A DNA stretch of 64,000 nt from the human T2T-CHM13v2.0 reference genome, Homo sapiens: assembly GCF_009914755.1 (NCBI RefSeq), contig NC_060938.1. One strand, given 5' to 3'. A program made the position numbers and the translations under genes. Each line of letters starts with the position of its first letter. Position 1 is the stretch's first letter. A model generated the notes under the pieces. That model saw only the letters and a program-made list of their open reading frames with translations. It made no database searches and was not told the DNA's origin. Of the stretch, positions 22,001 through 33,567 are shown in pieces.

Positions 22001-22475
22001 CTGATGCACCAGCTGACAGGCTGCCTCCTCCAGGCAGCCCCTTTGACTTCTTTGACCCAGGCTGGCTCGGCCTTCCCTAAGCCCCTGGTGACAGATGGCC
22101 CCGTTTGCTCTCCCTGTCCATGGTGTTCCTACCCATGGATCCTGGGACAGGGCACAGGGCTCCTCCCTGCTCCCCAGACTAGGAAAGCAAAGAAATTCAA
22201 ACATGAGGAAGACAGGACCAGGATGCAGGCCACTGGCGCAAACGGGAGTCCAGAGCCCTCCAGCGCAAGCACAAAAACCTCCTGGGAGAAACCCCAGGCC
22301 CCTCCTAAACCACAGCGCCCCTGCCGGTCTGAATCTGGTTCATTCATTTGGCCAACATGTACCGGGCGTCTCAGGTTTTGCCAGGCCCAGTGCTGGGCGC
22401 TGGAGACAAAGAGAGGTTCAGACAAGTCCGTCAGTGAGGAGCACCCAGTCCAGGGTGGTTACAGACCCATAATTA
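22001..22475 (-). other. AKT1: AKT1 alternative 5'UTR exon: cassette form 22001-22178, or extended first-exon form to about 22475
   Basis: Donor CAG|GTTAGG at 22000; acceptor TTCCTAG at 22179; the 5' extent comes from recalled AKT1 mRNA leader sequence (TAATTATGGGTCTG...). Confidence 0.75.
22338..22470. mobile_element. L2 3'-end fragment overlapping the extended AKT1 alternative first exon
   Basis: ttcattcatt...ccaggcccagtgctgggcgctggagaca resembles the L2 terminus. Confidence 0.55.
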
Positions 22476-23849
22476 CAGCAGTCGGGAGGCAGCAAGTAAG
22501 TGGGGGAGCACTGGACAGGCCCCCGCCCTGCAGCGGCCCACCAGCCAACCCTCACCTGAGCACACTTTATCCATTGATCCTGCATGGCTTCCTCATTTCC
22601 CCTCTGATGGATGAACTCCTAGGCATCCCTCAAAACCCAGTTCCCACATCACCAACTACAGGCATCCCCAGAAAGAGCACTTCGCATGCTCTTCCTGTGA
22701 GCAGTCCTCTGCTACCCTTCCAGATGGGCCTTCCTGAGGGGAGGAGGGTCCTCTCTGGGACCTCCAGGCCAGGCAGAGACCCCTGACGACCTCTGTGGAA
22801 TGGATCCCAACATGGGTCTTTCCACAGCCAGCTTAGACGCTCTCCCCCCAGGCCACCTTTCTGGCCTCCCGAGGCAAGGGCTGGACACCCACAAAGGGTT
22901 GCTTTGCACTGATTGTCTTAAGCTACACTTAGAATGGCAGGAAGGCCCACTGCCTTGTGTCTAATGCCAGGACAGGGAAGACCACACCTTACCCAAAGAG
23001 GGAAATGCCCCAAGTACTTAGCAGGATGGAAAGCAGGCCAGACTCGAGGAAGGCACCGCAGGACTCCGAGGGCAGGGCTCCGAGCCGCGCACGCCTCAGG
23101 CACAGGGGGCTCTGACGACACTGAGTGGGCGTGGCCTGGAGGCAGAGGGCTGGACTCAAAGACCTCTGGATGTCCCCCCACCCCCACACGGGCCTGAGCC
23201 CCTCCAAGGCCTGCTGCTGACAGAGTCAGACAGCTGTCCAGAGCCATGTGTAAAAATACATCTGTGCTCACACAGGGTGGTGTACGTCTGCACAGAAACG
23301 TATACACCAGGCCAGCACAGGGCTGCCTGTGGGGGCGGAGGGACCCCGACTTCCCACAGCCTCCGTACCTGCCGCCTGCCTTTACCATAAGCACATATTC
23401 TTGCTACTATTATTAAGTCACAACTTAAAAAAAAATACTCTGTGTTTCGAAAGGGCTCCTCCATCTGCCTCCAGAACCCTGGTGTATGAGAAGTCTACAC
23501 AGCTCCCGGGAGAGGCAACCGGACCCCCACCAACGGACTCCGTCCGCCCTTCGCTCGGATGAGGGACTCAAAGCAGTCAAGAAGTGGCCACCTGGAGCAA
23601 GGCCGAGAGACCCAGGAGTGAATGTGGGGCGGCCTCTGGCTGCAGAGCAGGGGCCCAAGCTCACCCGCTGACCAAGGCAGCACTCAGAGGCCGTCCCGAC
23701 AGGACCAAGCTCGCTAGCGCCCCAGGATACTCAATCTAAGGGGCAAGCCCCAGCTGCCCTCCAAGCCTTGGCCTCTGGGATGGGCGGGCAGGACCTCCAG
23801 GGCCCACCCAAGACAGGAAGCAGTTCCGGGGCCCAGGAGGGTCACAGTC

Positions 23850-25030
23850 CTTTGTGGCTAGCCTGGGTACCCCGCCACCACGTACAACTTTTCGTCCGTG
23901 GGAAACGAAGTCTCCTTCCGGGGCCCTCCCACAAACTTGAAGGCCGGCCGCCGCGAGTCTTTCTCCAACCCCGGGGCACCTCCGCCGGCTGCCTCGCTGG
24001 CCCAGCGCCCGGGGAGCCCCACGGCCCGCAGGGGCACCCCGAGCCCCAGCTCCAGGCCCGGCGGCGTCCCTTCTCTCGGGTCCCGGCCTCGCCCGGCGGA
24101 GCGGCCTCCCCAAGGTCATGAGGGAGGCTGGGGCCGGCAGCCTGCACCCCCGGCGCCCGGCGTGGGGCCGCCCTCCCTTGGCCGGGCCCGCGCGCCCCGC
24201 GCCCTCCCCGCCCAGGCCCGCTCGGCCACTTCCTGCTCCCGCTCCTCCATTCTGGCGGCGCCGCGGCTCGCGCCCCGGCCCGACCGGCCGCGAACAAAGC
24301 GGCCCGGCCCGCGGGGAGGAAATCCAGGCCCGGGCGGCCACGGCGGGCGGGGACTCACCGGGCCGCCGCGTCCGGGCGCGAGCGCGGGCCTAGCCGGGCC
24401 GCGGCCTCCGGCGCCCGCCGCTCCGCATCCCCGCGGGCCGGCGCTGGGCGGGGCCGGGCTGGAGGCCGCGGCGGGCGGGGGCGCTGCTCGGGGCCGGGCC
24501 TCGCGTGCCGCCGCCGCTCGGTGCCCGGTGCCCAGCGCTCGGTGCTCGGCCGCCTGCTCCCGTCCTTCGGGCCGCGCTGGCTGCGCTGGGCCAGCCGCCT
24601 GCCGCGCTCGGTCCTGCCGCCGCCGCCGGCCCGCCCTCTCCCCGCCCCGCGCCCGCCCCGCGCCCGGAGCCGCCCGCCCACATCCGCCTCCGCCGCCCGG
24701 GGCGTCCCCACCGCGCGGCCGGCGGCGAGGGCGGAGCGCGCTCGGGGAGCGCGCGGCCGGGCTGAGGGGCAGCTCCCGACGACCTGGGGCCTGGGCTGGG
24801 CCGCTAACGGAGCCCGGCCACCAGCCAGCCCGTCCCGGGGCCACGCCCTCTCTGGCCTCAGTTTCCCCGTCTGTAAAGTGACCCGGCGCTTCTGGGCTCG
24901 CTCTGCCGTGACCCTAGCAGAAGGGGCCCGAGACAGGTCAGGGACGAATCCCGGACTTCTGCCTCCGCGCGCGGGGCGGGGGTGGCTTAGGTTGACTTTC
25001 AGGCTGCCCCACTCTGGGGGGCGTGGAGGG
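23850..25030 (-). promoter_or_regulatory. AKT1: AKT1 CpG-island promoter with multiple GC boxes and a G-run cluster (G4/i-motif capable) at about 24630-24680
   Basis: Very high CpG/GC content; repeated CCCGCCCC; no TATA box. Confidence 0.9.
24359..24620 (-). other. AKT1: AKT1 first non-coding exon
   Basis: Donor CG|GTGAGT at 24358 inside the CpG island; GC-rich leader CGGCAGGACCGAGCGCGG recalled from AKT1 mRNA; TSS approximate. Confidence 0.8.
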
Positions 25031-27364
25031 GGCGGCCAAGAGTGACCTAAAAGGCCCAATCCCAAGACCTTGTGCCTCTGGGGGAAGTGCGGGAGGATGC
25101 CAGGACAGGAGGTCAGTTGGAGGTGGGCCTCCAAGGAGCAGGAAGGCTCCGAGGGGAGTCAACCATTCACCTAGGTACTGGCAGCTACACTCACAAAAGG
25201 GGGACTTTGCTGGGGAGTGGGAGAAGAGGGGCACACCTTGCCTGGCTCCCACCTTGAGCTGGGAGCAGACACCAGACAGAGGAGGAGCGGTGTCTAGGGT
25301 GGGCTGTGACAGCTGACAGTCCAGAGCCCTCCCTGCTGGGTGGACTTGGTCAGCCCGGACACCCAGTCCGAAGTCCACTGGGAGGCAGATGGCCCGGGTA
25401 TGGAATGAGTAAGTGGGACACAGACCCCTTTCTCCTGGACACTCACAGGACAGTGCAGGTGACTGCCACCCCGACCCCTTCCTAGCCAGAAGTTCCTCCA
25501 ACAACTGCCCCTCCCCCATTCCAGAGGCCCACAGTTGATAATAACCCTTTTGTGAAAGACAGACTCTTGTGAGTTACCTTCCTGAGGCTGCTAAGTATTG
25601 GGGTTGGGGGAGCATTTTTATTTTCAGCCAGAGTGAGTTCAGCTGGCAGCAGGGGAGGGGGTGGGAGGAGATGCAGACAGAGGCAGCAGGTTCGGCCCAG
25701 TGCTCAGGACAGAGTCTGCAGCCAAAACTCGGGCTTCATCCCTGCCTCTTGGGGCTGACCAAGAGAAGGACTCTCTCCCCCTGCATGAGGGCACTCGCTC
25801 CTCAGACAGGGGACTCCCCATTCCTGCCTCTCGCCTGAGCACCTCTGCTCCCTCCCAGCTCAGACTTTGTAACCCCAGGAAGGGCCCTACCTCCAGGGGG
25901 CCAAGTCAGAGGCCCAGTGGTCTGCGCCGCTTGGGTGGGATACCTGACACAAGGGTTGCCCCCAGAGCCTGGGCGTCTGGTGTCTGTCTCTCACCCAGCA
26001 AACCTGCACCATGAGCCACCTGGGGCTCCCTCTGGGACTGTCCCACCTGCCCACTGCTCCCCGAGGAAGAGTTCCTGGTATCTGTCCACCATCCTGGGCT
26101 CTGCCATGCAAGGATGGAGGAAGGAATTCAGGGAGGAAGCAGAGGGTGAGAGGGCCATGAGACAAGGCCAGCAAGTGGCCGAGGCTTGGGGATGTGGGAG
26201 GGAGCAGGGCACCCTCTCATGGAAGAGGCAGTGACATTGCGGGCTGTTCTTGAAGTGGTTGGACCTCTTGCTTATTTTGCACTGGCTGTCTCCAAGGAGG
26301 CCTCCCAGTCTTCCCAGCCTGGTGCCCTGGCATCTGCTGGTGCCTGCAACCCACTGTGGGCCCCACACTCCAGTCCTGTCTTCACCTTGGCATGAACTGC
26401 CCTCCCCCAAGACGGGGATCTCCCAGTGGGCAGGGCCATCTCCCTCTCCTCCAGCGTCCCAGAGGGAAAGCAGAGTCCTCTCTTCAAGAACACCCCCTCC
26501 CACCCCAGACAGAATGGTCAGGAGAGAACCCAGCCCCACGGCTGCTGCTGGGACTGCTGAGGTGCTCTGTGGCCAGATGTTTCCGACAAAAACTGCTGCA
26601 CCAGGGAAGGGCCCGACGGCTGCCTCCTCCCAGAGCTCAGGGGCCTCCTGCCCTGTCACCTTCTGCAGCTGCTGGCCGGGGGCAGGACTCGAGGGCCCTG
26701 GGCTGTGTAGGTCCCAGCAGCAGCTGCAGGGCGGGGCCTCAGGGCAGCTCCCAGGCCAGATGGCCGCCTGAGTCTGCAGAGGTTCTGCCTGAACCACCAC
26801 CGCCGCGACAGTGGCTGTGTGACGGTGTCCTGTCATTCCTGCACTTGAGACCCAGCCAGTCACAGGGGCTCTGAGGACTACAGGCTGGCCAGGATCCCAG
26901 CACCAACTCTGGGCGGTCTCTGCCTGGAACAGCCCCCCTTCCCTGATCGGTGTGGGGCAGGAGGGACTTGAACCCAGACATCCCGACCTGAGAGGGATAA
27001 GGAGCTTCTCTCCCACTGTCCCCTCCCCTTCATCTAGCCCATTCCTAGCTGGGCCCTCCTTCCAGGTCCTACCCTAGGCTCCTGAAGGCAGCATCCTGAC
27101 CCTCCCTGTGTACCACAACCCCCATTAAGTGTCCAGGCTCTCTCTGTCCCGCCAGCCAGGCAGGGCAGGCTAGGGTGCTTGCTCCCAGCCTGCAGTGGGG
27201 AGCTGTCAGCCTGTTGCCCAGAGCCCCAGTGTGGCAGGCCACCCCTACTTGCTCTGAAGGTTCAGGGGCTGGGGGTGTGGGCAGGCAGGGCTGGAATGTT
27301 GCCACAGAGGAGTCAGGATTAGGGATGGTGGGACCATCGTAATCACTCACAGAAGCAACCGTCA

Positions 27365-27810
27365 CGCATTCACTCAACAAACATTTACTGAACACCCACT
27401 TGCGTCCTGCCAACTTTTAAGCACCAAGTGACCAAACAGCCCCTTCCCTTTCAGAAGGTGCTGGAATATCCCACAATCACAGGACACCCGGAATGGGCTG
27501 GAGAGGAGGGTATGCAGCAGAAGGGACTGCGAGGGAACTTAGCGAAGGTGGGCAGGAATGGCCACCCTGACTAAGGAGTGGACTTTCAGCAGAGACAGGG
27601 ATGAAGAGAAACCAGTGAAGGGTTCTTTGGGGAAGAACATTCCAGAGCCTGAGAGCTTGCTGAGTGCCAGGCCCTGTCGTTAATGTTCACGAAGACCCCG
27701 GGATGCACTCTGACTCCCATTTTGCAGATGAGGATTACTGAGGTTCAAAGAGGTTAAAGGTTTGGTCGTGCTCAAGGTTGGGAGGGGCCGGGGCAGGGCT
27801 GTGATCCAGG
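27365..27810. mobile_element. L2 fragment followed by a MIR
   Basis: cattcactcaacaaacatttactgaacaccca; cccattttgcagatgagga..actgagg. Confidence 0.65.
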
Positions 27811-28979
27811 CAGGGCAGGAAGGGAGCAGTCACATCTGAGTTCACCCTTAACTTACTTGAATTCAGCTATTCCTGCTGGTGGCTGGGGCAAGGCAGATGA
27901 TTATTTAAATGCGTGGAGAGAGGGGAGTTGACCTTCCTCAGGAAGGGGTCCTTAGGGTGGATGGCCGGCGGCAGTGGGAGCCAGGCCTCTGCCGTCCCTA
28001 AGCTAGTCTCAGTGGCTGTAAGTGCAGTGTCATTCCAGGGGTCCAAGCTGCAGTTGCCAGGTTTAGGAAATAAAGATGCAGTCCATCCGGTGAAACAAGG
28101 AATGATATTTTAGTATAACAACGAGGCCTTCCTTCCCAGACTTCAGATCCCACTGTGGGCTCCACTCCTCCTGCACACACATACCTGGCCGGGTCCTGTC
28201 CTTTGTGATCCAGCCCCTCTTCCAGCACCACCCCCACCCCACTGCTTGGCCTTGACTGGGGTGACTCCTCCACTACATTCTCCATTTCCCGGACTCCAAG
28301 GCAGAGAAGAATGAGACCGGCTGAATTCAAATCGTGGTTCAGTGACTTACTGCCTGATACATGGCTCTGGGTACCTTACCTAAACTCTCTCACCAAAAAG
28401 GTATGAAAATAAGAGCGTCTAGTTAATGGGACTGTTGTGAAGATGATCCGGTGGTCTAGAGTACCTTCAAACCTGCTCAGTCAAGGGCAGCCCAGGTTGT
28501 GCCCCTGGGAAAAGGCTCCATCTGCCTGGGAGGGACCCTAACCCCGCCAAACACACTCTCTACTTCTCTGGCGATTCCCTCTCCCACAACCAGGCGTCCC
28601 CCTCACATCTTCTCAATGCTTCTTTGCCCTAGAACACTTTCCCCCACTCCTCCCTACCCCCACTCCCATGCCAGCCCCTGTCCGGAGTCTCCTCCTCTTT
28701 GAACACGTTCCTGCCTACCCTGGGCTCTGGAGGGCTTCCGACTGTCTCTGTTATGGCGTTTGTCCCCCCGTGCCACCATGTCTGCTGGGAGGTGCCCGTT
28801 TTCCGTGCCTCTCTGCGCTGGGTCCCCCATAGACGCTGGGCTGGGGTCTGTGGAGAGGGTGGAAGTCCCCGTTCTGGACTCTAGGATCGACATCCTGCTT
28901 GAATGTTTGGAAGAGGGTCCCAGCTGAATTAAATTCAAAAAGAGGCTTTCAAGGAAGAAGGAGGTGTCATCTTTGCAAA

Positions 28980-30400
28980 ATTAACGACCCCCAATCCACG
29001 CAACCCCTACGCCATCCCAAGGCCGGCGCCCTGCGAGGTGGCGGGAGGCCAGGGTCCCGGGTTTACCCTCGGGTGACTGCCCAACGCGGGCTGGGATACA
29101 AGCGGACCCTCGGAAGGGTTCCTTTTGCAGACTGGCGCAGTAAGGACCCCATGCCGGGAAAGGTTGGGAGGTGGGGGACCCAGGCCAAAGCGCCAAGTAT
29201 CGCGAGAGACCCCCTGCCCCCGCGCAGTGCCCTAAACCCCCCTCACACCCCAGCGCCCCTGCTGGCTGCGCGCGGGGCCCGGCCGGGTGGGGCGGACAGG
29301 GAAGGGGGGGCGAGGGTGACCTCAGCGGTTCCGCCGCTCCGGGAAGTCGCTCGGCCCGCCCCCTCCGGCCCCCGCCCCGAGTTTCGCTCTCTCTGGGGCG
29401 GGGCGAGCGGCGGGCGGCGCTGGGCCAGCCAAGTTGGAGCGCGCCCCGCCCGGCGCCCTCGCCGTCCCCGCGCCCTCCCCGCCGGGGCGCGCTGCCCGCA
29501 GCTCCACGCGCGCCAGGGCCGCCCTGGGGAGGGCGCGCGCGCGAGCGGCGACCGGAGAGGAGCTCGGGGCGGCGGAGGTGAGCGCTGGGGGTGGGCTCCC
29601 GGCTCTGCCCGCCCCGCCCGCCCGCCGGCCCTCTCCCCGCTCCCCGCGGCCGCGCTGCCATAAATGGGGCCGGCGGCGGCGGCATCTGGTGGGCCGGGCG
29701 GCAGCTGGAGGCGGCGCGGAGGCGTGGGGCGGGTGGCGGCGCAGCCACCCGGGCGTCGGGGACGCCGCGAGCGGGCGGCCGCCCGGGAGTGAAGTTCAGG
29801 AGCGCCCGGGCGGGGACGCGCGCAGGTTTGCGCGGCTCCGGCTCCTGCGCCTGAGTCCCGGGACCCGCCCCCGCGGCGGAGCTGCTACTGTTTACTTTCG
29901 ATCGAGTTTTTCCTGCTCGGGGCAGGTGCCCGCGGCGGCTCTGGACGGGAGGTTGCGCGCGTCACTCCCGCGCCGCTCTTTCCGCGCTGCCTGCAGCCGG
30001 GAAGGGCGCTTCGTGGGCGCCTCCAGGCGCGCTGACGGGCGTCCCGTTTGTGCCCAGGTGATGACGGCGGCGGCATGGAGTTCCCTGAGCACGGCGGACG
30101 GCTGCTGGGCCGCCTGAGGCAGCAGCGCGAGCTGGGCTTCCTATGCGACTGCACCGTGCTGGTGGGCGACGCGCGCTTCCCGGCCCACCGTGCCGTGCTG
30201 GCCGCGTGCAGCGTCTACTTCCATCTCTTCTACAGGGACCGGCCCGCGGGCAGTCGCGACACGGTGCGGCTCAACGGCGACATCGTCACGGCGCCCGCCT
30301 TCGGCCGCCTACTGGACTTCATGTACGAGGGCCGCCTGGACCTGCGCAGCCTGCCTGTGGAGGACGTCCTGGCAGCCGCCAGCTACCTGCACATGTATGA
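28980..30400 (+). promoter_or_regulatory. ZBTB42: ZBTB42 CpG-island promoter; candidate first-exon donor GAG|GTGAGC (GT 29578-29579), acceptor CCCAG| ending 30057, TATA-like CATAAAT at 29659
   Basis: CpG-dense, GC boxes, canonical splice sites upstream of the CDS. Confidence 0.8.
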
Positions 30401-31343
30401 CATCGTCAAGGTCTGCAAGGGCAGGCTCCAGGAGAAGGATCGAAGTCTGGACCCGGGGAACCCTGCCCCTGGGACAGAACCTGCTCAGCCACCGTGCCCC
30501 TGGCCTGTCTGGACCGCGGACCTCTGCCCAGCTGCCCGAAAGGCCAAGCTCCCCCCGTTTGGGGTCAAGGCTGCCCTCCCTCCTCGAGCATCTGGGCCTC
30601 CTCCCTGCCAGGTCCCAGAAGAGTCAGACCAGGCCCTGGACCTATCGTTGAAGTCTGGCCCAAGGCAGGAGCGGGTCCACCCACCGTGCGTCCTCCAGAC
30701 ACCCCTCTGCAGCCAGAGGCAGCCAGGGGCCCAGCCACTGGTGAAGGACGAACGGGACTCACTGTCCAAACAGGAGGAGAGCAGCAGCTCTAGGAGCCCC
30801 CACAGTCCCCCGAAGCCACCTCCTGTTCCTGCAGCCAAGGGCCTGGTGGTGGGCTTGCAGCCGCTGCCCCTCAGCGGAGAGGGCAGCCGGGAGCTGGAGC
30901 TTGGTGCAGGGCGACTGGCGAGTGAGGACGAGCTGGGGCCTGGTGGGCCCCTCTGCATCTGCCCGTTGTGCAGCAAGCTGTTTCCCAGCTCCCACGTGCT
31001 GCAGCTGCACCTCAGTGCCCACTTCCGTGAGCGAGACAGCACCCGGGCCCGGCTCTCACCCGACGGCGTGGCACCCACCTGCCCGCTCTGTGGGAAGACC
31101 TTCTCGTGCACATACACACTGAAGAGGCACGAGCGGACACACTCGGGTGAGAAGCCCTATACGTGTGTGCAGTGTGGCAAAAGTTTTCAGTACTCCCACA
31201 ACCTGAGCCGGCACACCGTAGTGCACACTCGAGAGAAGCCGCATGCCTGCCGGTGGTGTGAGCGCCGTTTCACGCAGTCCGGGGACCTCTACCGCCACGT
31301 CCGCAAGTTTCACTGTGGCCTCGTCAAGTCCCTTCTGGTGTGA
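30075..31343 (+). CDS. ZBTB42: ZBTB42, zinc finger and BTB domain-containing protein 42 (422 aa, single coding exon)
   Basis: GGC ATG G start; N-terminal BTB (LCDCTVLVGDARFPAHRAVLAACS); four C2H2 fingers with SGEKPY/TREKPH linkers; ZBTB18-like; known neighbour of AKT1. Confidence 0.97.
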   Translation: MEFPEHGGRLLGRLRQQRELGFLCDCTVLVGDARFPAHRAVLAACSVYFHLFYRDRPAGSRDTVRLNGDIVTAPAFGRLLDFMYEGRLDLRSLPVEDVLAAASYLHMYDIVKVCKGRLQEKDRSLDPGNPAPGTEPAQPPCPWPVWTADLCPAARKAKLPPFGVKAALPPRASGPPPCQVPEESDQALDLSLKSGPRQERVHPPCVLQTPLCSQRQPGAQPLVKDERDSLSKQEESSSSRSPHSPPKPPPVPAAKGLVVGLQPLPLSGEGSRELELGAGRLASEDELGPGGPLCICPLCSKLFPSSHVLQLHLSAHFRERDSTRARLSPDGVAPTCPLCGKTFSCTYTLKRHERTHSGEKPYTCVQCGKSFQYSHNLSRHTVVHTREKPHACRWCERRFTQSGDLYRHVRKFHCGLVKSLLV

Positions 31344-33021
31344 TGCATCCCTGTGGGTCCTGAGGGTGGGGTGGAAGGGAAGGGATGGGCCCTCCCAGGT
31401 GGGACACAGCATGGGGTGTGAAGCCTGACCAGGTGGAGGTCCCTGCTTGGGCCAGATGGCTCCACCCTCCTGGCAGAGAGAATGCTGCCTCTTCCTGGAA
31501 CTTGGCCTCAGACTCGGTAACTTGGGCAGCCTTCCTCCCACCTTGCCTCTCCTTTCCCCTCACTCTCCAACTCATTCCGGCCCCCAGGCTGTGCCCTGCC
31601 TAGGCTGTGACACTATCTTCCTCTCCCGTCCCCTCCAGCCAAGTTCTGAGGGGTGTCCAACCAGCACCTGGCTCTGCCCCCGTTTCTCCGTGTGAGATGG
31701 CACATCCATCTCCCGGCCCGGGACTTTCCTGACCACCTCTCTGGCAGGCTTGGGGAGGTCTTCATGAGCCTGGCCCCACGCTAGGTGAATTATTCACATG
31801 TCAGAAAAGTTGTTGGTGTGCGTCCCAATGGGGCGCTGGGAGGGAACAGGACACTCCTGGGGAGCGGCAGCAGGAACCCCTGCCAGGAAGGCCTGGGGCA
31901 CAGTGAGTGCCAGCAGGGGCCATCTGGGCACAGCTGGTGTCTCGGGGTGGGGGGGGGGGTGCAGCCCCAGCAGGGATCCTAAGGCAGCAGGAGTAGAGCC
32001 AGCTAGAAGCTGAGTGGCTGTGGCATCATTGTCACTCGGGTGGGACGTGGGTCCATGAGAGCGTGCAATTATGACCACACTGTAACTTTGAGCAGAGAAA
32101 GTGGGAATTTGGAACTGGATTCTCTTTAGAGCCAGGAAGAGCCTCCTGAGGCGGCCAGATGTCTGCTGGTGGCCGCCCAGCCACATGCTTGTCTGCCTGA
32201 GTGCAGGTCTAGGAAGCCTCTGGGCATCCCCCAGGGTGGGGTCTGGGCCGCTGAGCTGTGTGCTGCTGCTGGGCCACCGTGGGCCTTACCTTGACGGTCA
32301 CTCTGCCTGCTAGGGGGTCTCCCTGGAGCTGTGGGCATTTCCGTGCACTGACTGAGCAGAGGCAAGGGCTGCCCTGTCCGCCAGGGGCAGGGTTTGCGGG
32401 CCTTCCTTTCCCCACGGCGAGGCATGGGTGAAAGTGGCCATGGCGGCAGGGTTAGGGGCAGGTGAGGAGTGGGAGTCGCAGCACCCTAGGGGCCTCCATC
32501 CGCAGCCTTGGGAGACTGACGCTCCTCGAACATGAATAGAATGTGGAGACCACAACCCCCACACATGTCGTTGGTTCAGGTCGCCCTGCTTTGCCTGCCT
32601 AATGGAGCACATCTTGCTGCCAGAACCTCACTGGCCTCTGGGGGTCGGCAGGTGCAGAGCCACCTGGACGCCTGGAGACCACCTGGGATGTTTCCTCTGT
32701 GACTGGGAATGGCCTTGACAACAGAGTCCAGCCAAGTCTACGTTATTTTCTCATCTCCTGACAACACTGGATGTCATATTTATTAGTCAGCCTGGTCTGG
32801 AGTGAAAGACCGTCCCTAGCGCATCTCCCACGCGCCCTGGGCTCCTGGTGTGCTGGGTGCCAGCCTGGGAGCCCAGCGCTTCTGGGTGATGCCCCAGGGC
32901 TCAGAGGCCCTGGATGGCTTTGGTCTCGAGACAGCTGGGGGAGGGGCCCTGCTTCTGATTGTCCTGGGCCCCAGCCCCCACCTCTGCAAGGGATCGGTGT
33001 GATGTGCTCCATAATCGGGTG

Positions 33022-33023
<2 letters not shown>

Positions 33024-33053
<30 letters not shown>
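33024..33053. repeat. (GT)n microsatellite in the ZBTB42 3'UTR
   Basis: About 14-15 GT units. Confidence 0.95.
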
Positions 33054-33057
<4 letters not shown>

Positions 33058-33567
33058 ATGCATGCGTCTGGCACATGGCAAGGCCCAAGCCAACCCGGCA
33101 CCCCGTAGATGGGCAGCTACACTGCCACCCAAGCACGGAGATGTGGCCGCGGCACTGGGTCCCCCAGTGGGTCCCATGGGGGAAGAACTTCCCTTTGCTG
33201 GGGTGGGCAGCCTGCCCTGAGCTATCAACACTGGATTTGTTGTCTTCTGCACAGCTACTGTGAAGATAACGTAAGGAGAAGTGGTCAGTTTTCATTTTAT
33301 AACTGACACAGTTGGGACAAAATATATACGTGTACATATATTTAAGACACTAATTGTGTGGGAGAGTTTAGTAGAGGCCTGTGCAGACACAAGGCAAACA
33401 GCGTCAGCAGCGTGGGGGTCTCCTGGGCCAGCTCGGCACCTGTGGGTGCTCTGACCCTGGGGGTGGGGACAGCTCCGTGCTAACCCCAGCAGACAGTTGT
33501 TGGTGCACAGTGTCTAGGAGGCGTGGGAATGGGTGCTGTCTTCCTCTTTTCACATCATGGCGACAGT

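Noticed and set aside
23736-25134. 200-330-aa Arg/Pro/Ala/Gly ORFs over the AKT1 promoter (likewise at 28.9-30.1, 47.3-48.0 and 58.1-59.1 kb)
   Set aside because: Expected stop depletion in CpG islands; open on both strands; mostly non-ATG starts
25991-27016. 341-aa minus-strand ORF between the two promoters
   Set aside because: Non-ATG start, no recognisable domain, GC-rich background with overlapping ORFs on both strands
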